This document shows, piece after piece, positions 20,338-30,736 of a stretch of DNA of 60,373 nt. Under the pieces are notes generated by a model, which did not search any database, was not told where the DNA came from, and worked only from the letters and a program-made list of their open reading frames with translations. The position numbers and the translations under genes are program-made. Source of the stretch: Alphaproteobacteria bacterium (GTDB lineage: Bacteria; Pseudomonadota; Alphaproteobacteria; Micropepsales; Micropepsaceae); the NCBI GenBank assembly GCA_947445215.1, contig CANFDA010000001.1, positions 1 to 60,373 of the forward strand. Direction: 5' to 3'. Numbering within the stretch: position 1 is the stretch's first letter; each line of letters opens with the position of its first letter.

Positions 20338-21228
20338 ATGAAACAGAAGCCCCCCCTCGCCGACATCGCTAGTCAGCCCAGGATGGGATTGATGGCGGGC
20401 AAGCGCGGCCTGGTCATGGGCGTGGCCAACGACCATTCCATCGCCTGGGGCATCGCCCAGATGCTGGCGAGCCAGGGTGCCGAGATCGCGTTTACCTATC
20501 AGGGCGACGCTCAGAAGAAGCGTCTGGGGCGGTTGGCTGACAGCATCGGCTCCAAGATCGTGCTACCCGCCGATGTCGAAAGCGACGAGCAACTCGATGC
20601 GGTCTTCGATCATCTGGAAAAGGAATGGGGCAGCCTGGACTTCCTGGCGCATTCGCTCGCCTTCTCCGATGCCAAGGAATTGTCGGGCCGCTATGTCGAT
20701 ACCAGCCGCACCAATTTCCTCAAAAGCCTCGATATTTCCTGCTTTTCCTTTACCGCCGTAGCCCAGCGCGCGGCACGGTTGATGAAGGATGGCGGCGCCC
20801 TGGTAACGCTGTCTTATCTCGGCGCCCAGAAGGTGATGCCCAACTATAACGTGATGGGCGTTGCCAAGGCGGCGCTGGAAGCTTCGGTCCGCTATCTCGC
20901 AGTCGATCTCGGCAAGGACGGCATCCGCGTCAACGCCATCTCGGCGGGTCCGATGCGCACCCTGGCGGGCAGCGGCGTCACCGACGCCCGCGTTGTATTC
21001 AAGTGGGCCAAACACAACTCTCCCCTCAAGCGCTCCGTCGAACTTAACCATGTCGGCGGCGCGGCACTGTATTTGCTTTCTGACCTATCGGGCGGTGTCA
21101 CCGGCGAAATCCATTTCGTCGATGCCGGCTTCAACGTGGTGGGCATGCCGCCCACCGCGGATCTGAAGGGCTGGACCCCGCCGGAGAAGGATCAGGAGCA
21201 AAACAATGGTAGCTCCCCGCGAGGTTAA
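20338..21228 (+). CDS. fabI: Enoyl-ACP reductase
   Basis: GVANDHSIAWGIA, YNVMGVAKAALE, ISAGPMRTLA; start may be 20383. Confidence 0.95.
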   Translation: MKQKPPLADIASQPRMGLMAGKRGLVMGVANDHSIAWGIAQMLASQGAEIAFTYQGDAQKKRLGRLADSIGSKIVLPADVESDEQLDAVFDHLEKEWGSLDFLAHSLAFSDAKELSGRYVDTSRTNFLKSLDISCFSFTAVAQRAARLMKDGGALVTLSYLGAQKVMPNYNVMGVAKAALEASVRYLAVDLGKDGIRVNAISAGPMRTLAGSGVTDARVVFKWAKHNSPLKRSVELNHVGGAALYLLSDLSGGVTGEIHFVDAGFNVVGMPPTADLKGWTPPEKDQEQNNGSSPRG

Positions 21229-21819
21229 GATCGCCGCCGCAGCGTTGCTCGGCGCCGCCATCCTCATTCCGTCCATGGCCTTGGCCAACTGGCGCAACGA
21301 GGCATCCGATTTCGACATTCACCGCCTGTCGCTGCTGGAACAGTGGCGCGACAAGGCGATCTGGGAAGCCCAGAATTACCGCGACGGCACCGGCGACTTT
21401 AACGCCCTGCGCGCCGCGCTGGAGCCGCAGGGCCGCTCCGCTCCAGGCCAGGCGCTGGTCGGCAACCGGCGCTGCCGCAACATGAAGATGGGCGGCAAGA
21501 ACGCCTATATCGTCTATGAGTGGTTCGACTGCTCCATCCGCGCCGTGAATGGCGAGCTGCTGCTGACCAAGCATACCGGCACGCTGCGCACGCTGGGCTG
21601 GCTCTATCCGGAGAATGGCGCCTGGGTCTATCTCGGGTCTTTCTCGGCCAAGGGCGAGCGTCTAGGCCGCTATTCCGGCCGTACGCCGTCGGTCGGCGCG
21701 CCCGCGACACCGGACGACCAGATCGGGCTGCTCACCGGCATCGGCAACAACTGGCTTCGGCTGGAAATTCCCGGCCCGGTGAAAGAATCCACTATGACTT
21801 CATTGAGTTCGCACGCTAA
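21206..21819 (+). pseudogene. DUF4893-like secreted protein with a frameshift near its C-terminus
   Basis: Signal peptide; CR..KMGG..Y.WF.C.I; the natural-looking end (YDFIEFAR*) is out of frame after ~21791. Confidence 0.6.
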
Positions 21820-21845
21820 TCTAGGCTGAAACCCGGAACAGCAAG

Positions 21846-21876
21846 AAGCCCGCGTCTTGTGACGCGGGCTTTTTTA
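21846..21876. terminator. Intrinsic terminator
   Basis: AAGCCCGCGTC-ttgt-GACGCGGGCTTTTTT between convergent genes. Confidence 0.85.
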
Positions 21877-21887
21877 TTATGGCTTGA

Positions 21888-23060
21888 TCAGGCCCGCTTC
21901 TTCTTAGCCGCCGCCGCGAAACGCTCGAACAGATAGTGCGAATCCATCGGGCCGGGCGAGGCTTCGGGATGGTACTGCACGGAAAACACATCCTTGCCGT
22001 CCAGCGCGATGCCGCAATTGGTGCCGTCGAACAGCGAGACATGAGTCTGCGTCACCCCGGCGGGCAGCGTGTCGGGATCGACGGTGAAGCCGTGGTTCAT
22101 CGAGACGATCTCCACCTTGCCGGTGGTGACGTCCTTCACCGGATGGTTCGCGCCGTGATGGCCCTGCGCCATCTTCTTGGTCTTTCCGCCCAGCGCCAGG
22201 CCCAGCATCTGGTGGCCCAGGCAGATGCCGAACACCGGCGTGCCGGTGGCGATCACGCCCTGAATGGTGGGAATGGCGTAAGCGCCCGTCGCGGCGGGAT
22301 CGCCCGGACCGTTCGACAGCAGCACGCCATCGGGTTTGTGCCGCATGACTTCTTCGGTCGAAGAGCTGGCGGGCACCACGGTGATGTCGGCGCCCATGTT
22401 GGCAAGAATGCGCAGAATGTTACGCTTGACGCCGTAATCGATCACCACGGCCTTCCAGCTCGGCTTGTCTTCGTTGCCATAGCCCGCATTCCAGGCCCAC
22501 TCGGTCTCGCTCCACTTGTAGCTCTGGCGGGATGTGACTTCCTTGGCGAGGTCGAGGCCTTCCAGCCCCGGAAAGCCCTTGGCCGCTTTCAGTAGCGCGT
22601 CATTGTCCGGCGCGCCATTGACGATGGCGCCATGCGGCATGCCCTTCTCGCGGATCAGGCTGGTGAGCGCGCGGGTATCGACACCGGCGATGGCGGGGAT
22701 GTTGTGCTTCTTCAGCCAGCGGTCCAGCGTCTGCAGCGCCCGGTAATTCGAGGGATGCTCCGCATCCGCCCGGACAATCAGCCCGCGCACCACCGGGGTG
22801 ATGGTCTCGATATCCTCGTCATTGGTGCCGACGATGCCGATATGCGGGAAGGTGAAGGCGACGATCTGCCCGGCATAGGACGGATCGCTGAGAATCTCCT
22901 GATAGCCGGTCATGGCGGTGTTGAAGCAGACCTCGCCCACCGCGACGCCTTCGGCGCCGAAGCCGGTGCCTTCGAAGAAACTGCCATCCGCCAGCATCAA
23001 GCCGCCGCGCGAAAAAGCGATCTCCGCGACGGCGGAGGGGGCGGGAGATTTGTCGGTCAT
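21888..23060 (-). CDS. carA: Carbamoyl-phosphate synthase small subunit
   Basis: GEVCFNTAMTGYQE, LSNGPGDP, GICLGHQ, SVQYHPEASPGP. Confidence 0.97.
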   Translation of the reverse strand: MTDKSPAPSAVAEIAFSRGGLMLADGSFFEGTGFGAEGVAVGEVCFNTAMTGYQEILSDPSYAGQIVAFTFPHIGIVGTNDEDIETITPVVRGLIVRADAEHPSNYRALQTLDRWLKKHNIPAIAGVDTRALTSLIREKGMPHGAIVNGAPDNDALLKAAKGFPGLEGLDLAKEVTSRQSYKWSETEWAWNAGYGNEDKPSWKAVVIDYGVKRNILRILANMGADITVVPASSSTEEVMRHKPDGVLLSNGPGDPAATGAYAIPTIQGVIATGTPVFGICLGHQMLGLALGGKTKKMAQGHHGANHPVKDVTTGKVEIVSMNHGFTVDPDTLPAGVTQTHVSLFDGTNCGIALDGKDVFSVQYHPEASPGPMDSHYLFERFAAAAKKKRA

Positions 23061-23081
23061 GGGGGGCCTCGAATTTGCGCG

Positions 23082-23110
23082 AAAATAGGGAGCGGGCTCT
23101 TGCGCGTCAA
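23082..23110 (-). promoter_or_regulatory. Sigma70-type promoter of carA
   Basis: TTGACG-N17-TATTTT. Confidence 0.55.
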
Positions 23111-23197
23111 CCACAACAAATTCAATGAAATCAGGCAGTTGGTTTTATCCACCGATTCCCGGTAGTTTCGCGCCGCTGATTTGAGACGGAAAACCCC

Positions 23198-23662
23198 ATG
23201 TCGCTGCGCCAAACCCTGACCGACGCCATGAAGGACGCGATGAAGGCCAAGGATGCCAAGCGCCTGGCCACCGTCCGCATGATGCTGGCGGCGCTGAAGG
23301 ACCGCGACATCGCAGCCCGCAGCGAAACCAGCCGCGATCTCATCGGCGATGACGACATCCTCACCCTGCTGGCCAAGATGGTGAAGCAGCGCGAGGAATC
23401 CGCCGCCGTCTATGTCCAGGGTGGCCGCCCCGAGCTGGCACAGAATGAGCAGGACGAAATCGCCATCATCCGCTCCTTCATGCCCAAGCAGATGGACGAG
23501 GCCGAAGCCAAGGCGACCATTGCCGCCGTTATCGCCGAGCTGGGCGCGACTAGCGTCAAGGACATGGGCAAGGTGATGGGCGCGCTCAAGGAGCGCTTCT
23601 CCGGTCAGATGGATTTCGGCAAGGCGTCCGGCCAGGTCAAGGACGCGCTGACGCCGAAATAG
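23198..23662 (+). CDS. GatB/YqeY domain protein
   Basis: MKDAMKAKD..KQREES..GRPELA..KDMGKVMG. Confidence 0.93.
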   Translation: MSLRQTLTDAMKDAMKAKDAKRLATVRMMLAALKDRDIAARSETSRDLIGDDDILTLLAKMVKQREESAAVYVQGGRPELAQNEQDEIAIIRSFMPKQMDEAEAKATIAAVIAELGATSVKDMGKVMGALKERFSGQMDFGKASGQVKDALTPK

Positions 23663-23677
23663 CTCTGCACCAATGTA

Positions 23678-23752
23678 GGCGCGAGGAATTTTGCAGCGTG
23701 GGCAGGAGGCCGCACGGAGCGTACCCAGCCTACGTGAGTACGGCCGACGAAC
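23678..23752 (+). repeat. Palindromic repeat family D (RPE-1-like core)
   Basis: GCAGGAGGCCGCACGGAGCGTACCCAGCCTACGTGAGTACGGCCGACG; inverted copy at 30262. Confidence 0.75.
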
Positions 23753-23780
23753 CCGCGACGCAAAAGAACCGAGCCTTTAA

Positions 23781-24272
23781 CTAGGCAGAGCGTATCCGCC
23801 TGAGCGCGTTGCCGACAAAATCGGCCATCATCTTGACAGCCTGAATGTCTTCGGGCGTGAAGGAGCGCCGTTCCTTCCAGTAGGCGCCGAGCGCCGCCAC
23901 CGGGCCGCTGGCGCGCACCGGCGCCATGATGAGCGATTGCACGAAGGTGGGGCGATAGGCGTCGTGCGGAATCCGCTTCTCCATGTAGATGTTGGAGATC
24001 GCCGCGGTCTGGTTGTTCAGCATCGCCCAGCCGGAGATGCAGGTCTCCATCGGGAATTTCTTGCCCTTCCACAGCGGGCTGATCACGTCCTCCTCGACGT
24101 AATGGCAGAGGTCGCCGTCCTGCAGGATGAAGGTGACGCCGTCCGCGCCCAGCGAGCCGCGCGCCGAAGCGCGGATGATGGCGATGATGTCGTCCTGCAG
24201 CAGCGGATGGCCCAGACGCTGGCGGGCCAGTTCGACCTAGGCGGGATCGGCAACGAAGGCATGCTGGGACAT
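23781..24272 (-). pseudogene. Stand-alone GAF domain protein, copy 1, nonsense mutation
   Basis: GGAGG RBS; MSQHAFVADPA*VELAR..GADGVTFILQDGDLCHYVEED..PLWKG..CISGW..PHDAYRPTFV; TAG at 24237-24239. Confidence 0.8.
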
Positions 24273-24380
24273 CAAACCATCCTCCGGATGCGCTGCCAGC
24301 ATGGCTGCGCACGGTTTTAAGAAGCGTTTCCTTCTTACGGAGAGTCGGAGTTCCCGGCGCATCCCCCGTTTAGGGGAGAC

Positions 24381-24868
24381 CTAGAGATAATCGGCCAACG
24401 CTCTGCCGACGGTAGCAGAGAGTGTCCTGGTTGCCAGAATCTCCCTGTCGGTGAAGCTGTGGCGGTCGCGCCAATAGGCTCCGATGGCCGCCACCGGCGG
24501 CGTCGCGATCGGCGGCATGATCAGGCTTTTGACGAAGGTGGGCCGATAAGCGTCGTGCGGGATGCGGGCGTCCTTGTAGATGTCCTCGATCGCCGCCGTC
24601 TCGGCGTTGAGCATCGACCAGCCGGAGATGCAGGCGCTCATGGGAAAGCGCAGCCCTTCCATAGCGGGCTGATCGCGCCTTCCTCGACATAGTGGCACAG
24701 GTCGCCGTCACGCAGGATGAAGGTGACGCCGTCTGCATCCAGCACCGAACGGGCGGTGGAGCGCGCTACCTCGATGACGGCGACGCGGTTGGGGGCCATG
24801 TCCAGCCGTTCTGATGCCACTTTCAGCAGCTTCAAGCGGGGATTGTATGGTTCGTCGAACAGCGTCAT
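24381..24868 (-). pseudogene. Stand-alone GAF domain protein, copy 2, frameshift
   Basis: Same motifs as copy 1; 1-nt loss after PLWKG near 24653. Confidence 0.8.
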
Positions 24869-24971
24869 GGTGGCACTACAGGGCTGATATTCCAGGAATT
24901 TCAGGCTTCATGCACAGGGGAAAGGCGAGAATCCGGCCCTTCGAGGCCCATTCTATAATAGGCTCGGCCCC

Positions 24972-26783
24972 ATGCGCTATGGCGAAGGATTGCTGGAAGA
25001 AGTCCGGCGGCGGACCGATCTGGTCGCGCTGGTGGGCCGCCGCGTCAAGCTGGCGCGCAAGGGAAGGGTGATGTGGGGCTGCTGCCCCTTCCATCCGGAA
25101 AAATCGGCCAGCTTCAAGGTGGAGAATGAGCGCCGCCTCTACAAATGCTTCGGCTGCGGCCAGGGCGGCGACTGCTTCAAATGGCTGATGGAAACCGAAG
25201 GCATGAGCTTTCCGGAGGCAGTGGAAAAGCTGGCTGCCGAAGCGGGCGTCGAACTGCCGAAATGGTCGCTGGAAGACGAAGCGCGCGAGACCCGCAAGAA
25301 GTCGCTCTATGACATCCTCGAACTGGCGGCGTCGTTCTATCACGACCATTTGTTCGCCGATGGCGGCCGCGCCGCGCGCGATTACCTGAAAGGCCGCGGC
25401 CTCGACGCTGCGGCGGCGAAGCAGTTTCGCCTGGGTTACGCGCCCAGCGGCAACAATGCGCTGATCGATCATCTCACCGCGCACAACATCACCCAGGACG
25501 ACATGATCGAAGCGGGCCTGGCGCGCCCGGCACAAGATGGCCGTCAGATGCGCGACTTCTTCTTCGACCGCATCATGTTTCCCATCACCGATGGGCGTGG
25601 CCGCACCATTGCGTTCGGTGGGCGCGGCATGGCCCCGGATGCGAAACCGAAATACATCAACACGGGCGAAACGCCCCTATTTTCCAAGGGTTTGCAGCTC
25701 TACAATTTCCAGACGGCGCGCGCCGCTGCCATCAAGGCGGGCACCATCATCCTGGCCGAAGGCTATATGGATGTGATCGCGCTGGTGCGCGCGGGCTTCG
25801 CGCATGCCGTCGCGCCCTTGGGCACCGCCTTCACCGAAGACCAGTTGCAGATGCTGTGGCGCAGTGCGCCCGAGCCGGTGCTGGCCTTTGACGGTGACGG
25901 CGCGGGCCGCAAGGCGGCGCTGCGGGCGGCGCACATGGCGCTGCCGCATCTCAAGGCCGGGCACAGTTTGCGCTTCGCCTTCCTGCCGCAAGGCGAAGAC
26001 CCCGACACCTTGATTGCTGCACAGGGCGCGGGTGCGATGGCGGGGCTGATCGACATGGCGATGCCGCTGTCCGATCTGCTCTGGCGTGCCGAAACCGAGG
26101 GCAAGGATTTCTCCACCCCCGAACGCCTAGCCGGTCTGGAGCATGCGCTGCGCGAGATCGCGGGCCATATCACCGACACCCAGATCGCCGGTTACTACCG
26201 CGACGCCTTCAAGGAGAAGGTCTTCACCACCTACAAGCGCCGGGCCGCCCCAGTGCCGGGCCGCGCGCCCCGGGGGGGGCCCAAGCGGGGCAGCTATGGC
26301 CGTCCAGGATACCCTCACCCCCGTGCCCTGCCGGGAACCCCGGAAGCCCTGTCCGCAGGCGTGCACCGCTCCCGCCTGGTCCAGGCCGGTGAAGCGGCGC
26401 CCCGCCAGATCAAGGAGGCGGAACTGGCCGGATTGTTGTGGGAAGACCCCAAAATCGCGCTGAATCACGCCGAATTGCTGGCAGAACTGCCCGTGGCCGA
26501 CCCATCGCTTGACAGGCTGCGCGCCGAACTTCTAAACCTCGCCGCCTCTGGCTCCAGCCTTGAAAAACCTGGGGTTCATACCCATTTCGCTCGTCTGGGA
26601 TTGGCCGAACTGGTGGCGCGTTTTGCGCCTCGGATCTTACATTCAGACAGTGGAGCGCAAGAGGCTGGTACGCCAGAAGATGAGCCTGAAGCCCGATTCC
26701 TGCGTACCGCTCAAGAGTTGCGCAAACTGGCCGATGGCACATTCGATCAGTCGCCCGCTCGGCAGCCTCGCGGCGTGCCATAA
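24972..26783 (+). CDS. dnaG: DNA primase
   Basis: CPFH..CFGC zinc finger, RIMFPI, AFGGR, KYINT, EGYMDV, FDGD, DPD. Confidence 0.97.
   Translation: MRYGEGLLEEVRRRTDLVALVGRRVKLARKGRVMWGCCPFHPEKSASFKVENERRLYKCFGCGQGGDCFKWLMETEGMSFPEAVEKLAAEAGVELPKWSLEDEARETRKKSLYDILELAASFYHDHLFADGGRAARDYLKGRGLDAAAAKQFRLGYAPSGNNALIDHLTAHNITQDDMIEAGLARPAQDGRQMRDFFFDRIMFPITDGRGRTIAFGGRGMAPDAKPKYINTGETPLFSKGLQLYNFQTARAAAIKAGTIILAEGYMDVIALVRAGFAHAVAPLGTAFTEDQLQMLWRSAPEPVLAFDGDGAGRKAALRAAHMALPHLKAGHSLRFAFLPQGEDPDTLIAAQGAGAMAGLIDMAMPLSDLLWRAETEGKDFSTPERLAGLEHALREIAGHITDTQIAGYYRDAFKEKVFTTYKRRAAPVPGRAPRGGPKRGSYGRPGYPHPRALPGTPEALSAGVHRSRLVQAGEAAPRQIKEAELAGLLWEDPKIALNHAELLAELPVADPSLDRLRAELLNLAASGSSLEKPGVHTHFARLGLAELVARFAPRILHSDSGAQEAGTPEDEPEARFLRTAQELRKLADGTFDQSPARQPRGVP
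26559..26587 (+). promoter_or_regulatory. RpoH-type promoter for rpoD inside dnaG
   Basis: CTTGAA-N16-CCCATTT; a TTGACA also lies at 26509. Confidence 0.55.
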
Positions 26784-26846
26784 CGGCGGCCTTCGGCGTT
26801 GAACGTAAATATAGAGCCTCTTTTCCGGCTCCCTGGGATTTGAGTA

Positions 26847-29357
26847 GTGGTCACCAAGCCTTCCAAGAAGCCCGTGAAATCTTCCAAGGTCGTAGCGAAA
26901 GCGGCGACCTCGTTGAAACGTCCCACTGCCAAGGCTCTGGGTGCGAAGAAGCCTGCCGCGAAGACCGCGCCCGCGAAGAAGGCCGCCGCGCCGGTGAAGG
27001 CCAAGAAAGTCGAACCGTCCAAGCTGGAAAAGTTCAAGGCCGCAGAAAAGGCGAAAGCCGAAGCCGCCAAGAAGGCCGCCGAAAAGGCCAAGCTGGAAGC
27101 GGCCAAGAAGGCCGCCAAGCCCGCCAAGCCCGATCCGAAAGCCGCCAAGGCGGTAAAGCCCGACCCGAAGGCGGCGAAAGCCTCGCCCACGCCGGAAAAG
27201 ACTAAGAAGGGTGCCGCCGCTGCCCCCGTCGCGCCTGCGCCCACCAAGGCCGTCAAGCCCGGCACCGTGAAGCCTGCGCCCACCAAGGCCGTCAAGCCCG
27301 GCACCGTGAAGCCTGCGCCCAAGAAGCCGGGCGAAGGCGAAACGCCCGGCGATGCCGACAGCCCGCTGCTGGACATGTCGGATGTCGGCGTCCGCAAGAT
27401 GATCGCCAAGGCCAAGGCGCGCGGCTACGTCACCTATGACGAACTGAACAAGGTGCTGCCGTCCGATAAGACCTCGTCGGAGCAGATCGAAGACACGATG
27501 GCGATGCTCAACGAGATGGGTATCAACGTCATCGAAAGCGAAGAGGCCGAGGAAGGCGAAGAGGGCGGCGCCCTGGTCGCCGACAGCGGCAGCAAGGCGC
27601 TGGCCACCGCCCAGAAGGCGGGCGAGCAATATGACCGTACCGACGATCCGGTGCGGATGTATCTGCGCGAGATGGGCAGCGTCGAGCTGCTCAGCCGCGA
27701 AGGCGAAATCGCCATCGCTAAGCGCATCGAGGCCGGCCGCGAGCTAATGATCGGCGCGCTTTGCGAAAGCCCGCTGACGTTTGAAGCGCTCACCGTGTGG
27801 CGCGACGAGCTCAACGAGGGCAAGGTCCTCCTGCGCGACATCATCGATCTGGAAGCCATGTATGGCGGCGGCCCCGATGCGGCCGTGACCCAGCCCGCCG
27901 AAGGCGCCGAGGATTCCGAAGGCGCGCCCCCCGCTCCGGTCACCTTCAAGCCCGTCGAATTCAAGAAGCCGGAACCGGCCCCCAAAAATCCCAAGCCCCC
28001 GTCTGCTCCCAAGGCGGAAGGGGAGGAAGGCGAAACGACGGAAGGCGCCGCGCCGCCTGCCAATGACGATTTCGACGAAGACGAAGGCAATCTGCCGCTT
28101 TCGGCGATGGAAGCCGCGCTGAAGCCGCAAGTGCTGGCGGCGCTGGACAGCATCGCCGGTCTCTACAAGAAGCTGGGCAAGCTGCAGGACGCCTCGGTGG
28201 AAGCCGCGCTGGCGTCGGACGAACTCTCGACCGGCCAGGAACGCCGCTTCAAGAAGCTTCGCAACGAGACCATGGATCTGGTCAAGTCGCTCAAGCTGAA
28301 CAACAACCGCATCGAAGCGCTTGTCGACCAGATGTACGGCATCAACAAGCGTCTGGTCTCGCTGGAAGGCAAGCTGCTGCGCCTGGCCGAAGCCCATGGT
28401 GTGGACCGTGCCGAATTCCTCAAGCAGTATTTCGGCAACGAGCTGGACCCCAACTGGGCCCGCCGCGTCGGCCGCCTGTCGGGCATTGGCTGGCACGATT
28501 TCGTCACCGACGAACGCGACAAGATCAAGTTCCTGCGCGACGACATACAGGCCATGGCCTCGGAAACCCGCCAGTCGGTCTCCGAATTCCGCCGCAACGT
28601 CCAGACCGTCCAGAAGGGCGAGCGCGAAAGCGGCGTGGCGAAAAAGGAAATGATCGAGGCCAATCTGCGCCTCGTCATCTCCATCGCCAAGAAATACACC
28701 AACCGCGGTTTGCAGTTCCTCGACCTGATTCAGGAAGGCAACATTGGTTTGATGAAGGCGGTCGACAAGTTCGAATACCGCCGTGGCTACAAATTCTCGA
28801 CCTACGCCACCTGGTGGATTCGCCAGGCCATCACCCGCTCGATCGCAGACCAGGCTCGCACCATCCGTATCCCGGTGCACATGATCGAGACCATCAACAA
28901 GCTGGTGCGCACCTCGCGCCAGATGCTGCACGAGATCGGCCGCGAGCCGACCGCGGAAGAGCTGGCCGAACGCTTGGCCATGCCGCTGGAGAAGGTGCGC
29001 AAGGTCCTGAAGATCGCCAAGGAGCCAATCAGCCTTGAGACGCCCATTGGCGACGAGGAAGACAGCCATCTGGGCGACTTCATCCAGGACCCCAATGTGG
29101 TGCTGCCGATCGACGCCGCCATCCAGGCTAATCTGCGCGAGACGACGACCCGCGTGCTGGCGACGCTGACGCCGCGCGAAGAGCGCGTGCTGCGCATGCG
29201 CTTCGGCATCGGCATGAACACCGATCACACGCTGGAAGAAGTCGGCCAGCAGTTTAGCGTGACCCGCGAGCGTATCCGCCAGATCGAAGCCAAGGCGCTG
29301 CGCAAGCTCAAGCACCCCAGCCGCAGCCGCAAGCTGCGCTCGTTCTTGGACAACTGA
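26847..29357 (+). CDS. rpoD: Primary sigma factor with K/A/P-rich N-terminal extension
   Basis: [68 protein letters not shown]. Confidence 0.98.
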   Translation: MVTKPSKKPVKSSKVVAKAATSLKRPTAKALGAKKPAAKTAPAKKAAAPVKAKKVEPSKLEKFKAAEKAKAEAAKKAAEKAKLEAAKKAAKPAKPDPKAAKAVKPDPKAAKASPTPEKTKKGAAAAPVAPAPTKAVKPGTVKPAPTKAVKPGTVKPAPKKPGEGETPGDADSPLLDMSDVGVRKMIAKAKARGYVTYDELNKVLPSDKTSSEQIEDTMAMLNEMGINVIESEEAEEGEEGGALVADSGSKALATAQKAGEQYDRTDDPVRMYLREMGSVELLSREGEIAIAKRIEAGRELMIGALCESPLTFEALTVWRDELNEGKVLLRDIIDLEAMYGGGPDAAVTQPAEGAEDSEGAPPAPVTFKPVEFKKPEPAPKNPKPPSAPKAEGEEGETTEGAAPPANDDFDEDEGNLPLSAMEAALKPQVLAALDSIAGLYKKLGKLQDASVEAALASDELSTGQERRFKKLRNETMDLVKSLKLNNNRIEALVDQMYGINKRLVSLEGKLLRLAEAHGVDRAEFLKQYFGNELDPNWARRVGRLSGIGWHDFVTDERDKIKFLRDDIQAMASETRQSVSEFRRNVQTVQKGERESGVAKKEMIEANLRLVISIAKKYTNRGLQFLDLIQEGNIGLMKAVDKFEYRRGYKFSTYATWWIRQAITRSIADQARTIRIPVHMIETINKLVRTSRQMLHEIGREPTAEELAERLAMPLEKVRKVLKIAKEPISLETPIGDEEDSHLGDFIQDPNVVLPIDAAIQANLRETTTRVLATLTPREERVLRMRFGIGMNTDHTLEEVGQQFSVTRERIRQIEAKALRKLKHPSRSRKLRSFLDN
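27233..27321 (+). repeat. Exact 39-bp tandem repeat (~2.3 copies) in rpoD
   Basis: GCCTGCGCCCACCAAGGCCGTCAAGCCCGGCACCGTGAA x2 plus a partial copy; encodes [13 protein letters not shown]. Confidence 0.95.
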
Positions 29358-29731
29358 TGCAGCTCACCCTGCTCAAGGGCAAGATTCACCGCGCCACGGT
29401 CACCCAGTGCGATCTGCACTATGAGGGTTCGATCAGCGTTGACAGCACGCTTCTGGAGCGCGCCGGAATCCTGCCCCATGAACAGGTGGATGTGCTCAAC
29501 ATCACCACCGGCGCGCGCTTTACGACCTATGCGATTGCGGCCCCCGCCAATGGCGGCCTGATCAGCATCAATGGCGCCGCCGCGCGCCTGGCCCAGACGG
29601 GCGACCTGGTCATCATTATCGCCTATGCCCGCATGGACGAGGCCGAAGCGAAGAGTTTTACCCCCAAAAAGGTGCTGGTGGACGGCGAGAACCGTCCCCA
29701 GGCGTCCAATCTGCAAGTTCTGAAAGGCTGA
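29357..29731 (+). CDS. panD: Aspartate 1-decarboxylase
   Basis: [35 protein letters not shown]; TGATG overlap with rpoD. Confidence 0.95.
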   Translation: MQLTLLKGKIHRATVTQCDLHYEGSISVDSTLLERAGILPHEQVDVLNITTGARFTTYAIAAPANGGLISINGAAARLAQTGDLVIIIAYARMDEAEAKSFTPKKVLVDGENRPQASNLQVLKG

Positions 29732-29742
29732 AGAGTTAGACG

Positions 29743-30132
29743 ATGGCGCAGCGCGACGATTCCAAATACTCCAACCGCCTCGAAGACGCCCAGAAGGCGC
29801 GTGCGGCCATGCTGGAAAAGGCCAAGGCCAGCGCCGAGGAAGCCCGCAAGAAGCTGGAAGCCGGCGCGCCCGAACGCGCCGCCATCGCCGCCGCCCGCGA
29901 CGAACGCCAGAAGCAGAAGGCCGAGGAAAAGCGCCTGGCTGCCGAACGCGCCATCGCCGACGCCAAGGCCGCCGAGGAAGCCCGTATCAAGGCTGAGGAA
30001 GAGGCCAGGGTCGAAGCCGAACGCAAGAAAGAGCAGGACCTGCTTGATCACATGGCCCGCGAGTCCGAGCAGAAGGCGGCGCGTGATGCTCGCTACGCCG
30101 CCCGAAAAGAGCGCGGCAAGAAGAAGCGCTAA
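29743..30132 (+). CDS. Coiled-coil protein (DUF6481-like)
   Basis: A/E/K/R-rich; C-terminal KAARDARYAARK. Confidence 0.8.
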   Translation: MAQRDDSKYSNRLEDAQKARAAMLEKAKASAEEARKKLEAGAPERAAIAAARDERQKQKAEEKRLAAERAIADAKAAEEARIKAEEEARVEAERKKEQDLLDHMARESEQKAARDARYAARKERGKKKR

Positions 30133-30261
30133 ATCATCGAGTTTAAGCCGGAGGGGCGCTGGGCTTTCGCCTAGCTTTTCTAGGCGCGCCTGCGTGCCAG
30201 AAAAGCTGGCCCCTCTTCTCGCCTCCCGCCCGGCGGAAGGCGAAGGCGAGGTGGCCCCCGA

Positions 30262-30338
30262 GTGCGTCGGCCGTGCTCACGTACGCTAGGTAAGCTCCGC
30301 GCGGCCTCCTGCTCGGATGACCAAAATCCTGCGCGCCA
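30262..30338 (-). repeat. Family D repeat copy
   Basis: Reverse complement GCAGGAGGCCGCGCGGAGCTTACCTAGCGTACGTGAGCACGGCCGACG. Confidence 0.75.
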
Positions 30339-30531
30339 ATCATTCCAAGTTTAGGTCATAATTTTCTTTAGCGGCGCGTTTGAAATCGTCAATGGGTTCA
30401 GCCCGTTCTTTTCTGATGTGCGACGTGTCTCCAACTTTGAGAATGAACCCCAGCTTTCCAGAATCATAATATATTCCGATTCTACGTGTGCCGTTGTTTG
30501 AGGCTGACACCTCGATTCAAGAAATAGCCGC

Positions 30532-30730
30532 ATGGCCATCGCGGAAGACCGCGCTTTCAAATACCCCGCCGAAGAGGAGTGCCTGGTGTGCCGCCTGGGC
30601 CGCGCTGCCGGAAGAGGTGCGGACCCGCATCCTAGCCGAAGCACGTACCGCCTGGGACCGCGAATTTCATTTACCGCGCCTGAACGACCGTCTGGACGCG
30701 ATCATCCGCCGCCGGCCAGGCTTTCTAGGC
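30532..30730 (+). pseudogene. Possible decayed small gene
   Basis: MAIAEDRAFKYPAEE then, in another frame, AWCAAWAALPEEVRTRILAEARTAWDREF; coding-like composition only. Confidence 0.3.
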
Positions 30731-30736
30731 GGCCCC

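Noticed and set aside
1519-24239. In-frame TAG codons (1519, 24237) as a sign of stop-codon recoding or pyrrolysine
   Set aside because: TAG ends many intact genes here at their expected C-termini (rlmI, kup, fabB, fabI, yqeY), and the first gene also carries a frameshift.
27233-27321. Tandem repeat as a possible CRISPR array
   Set aside because: No spacers, in frame within rpoD, and no cas genes.
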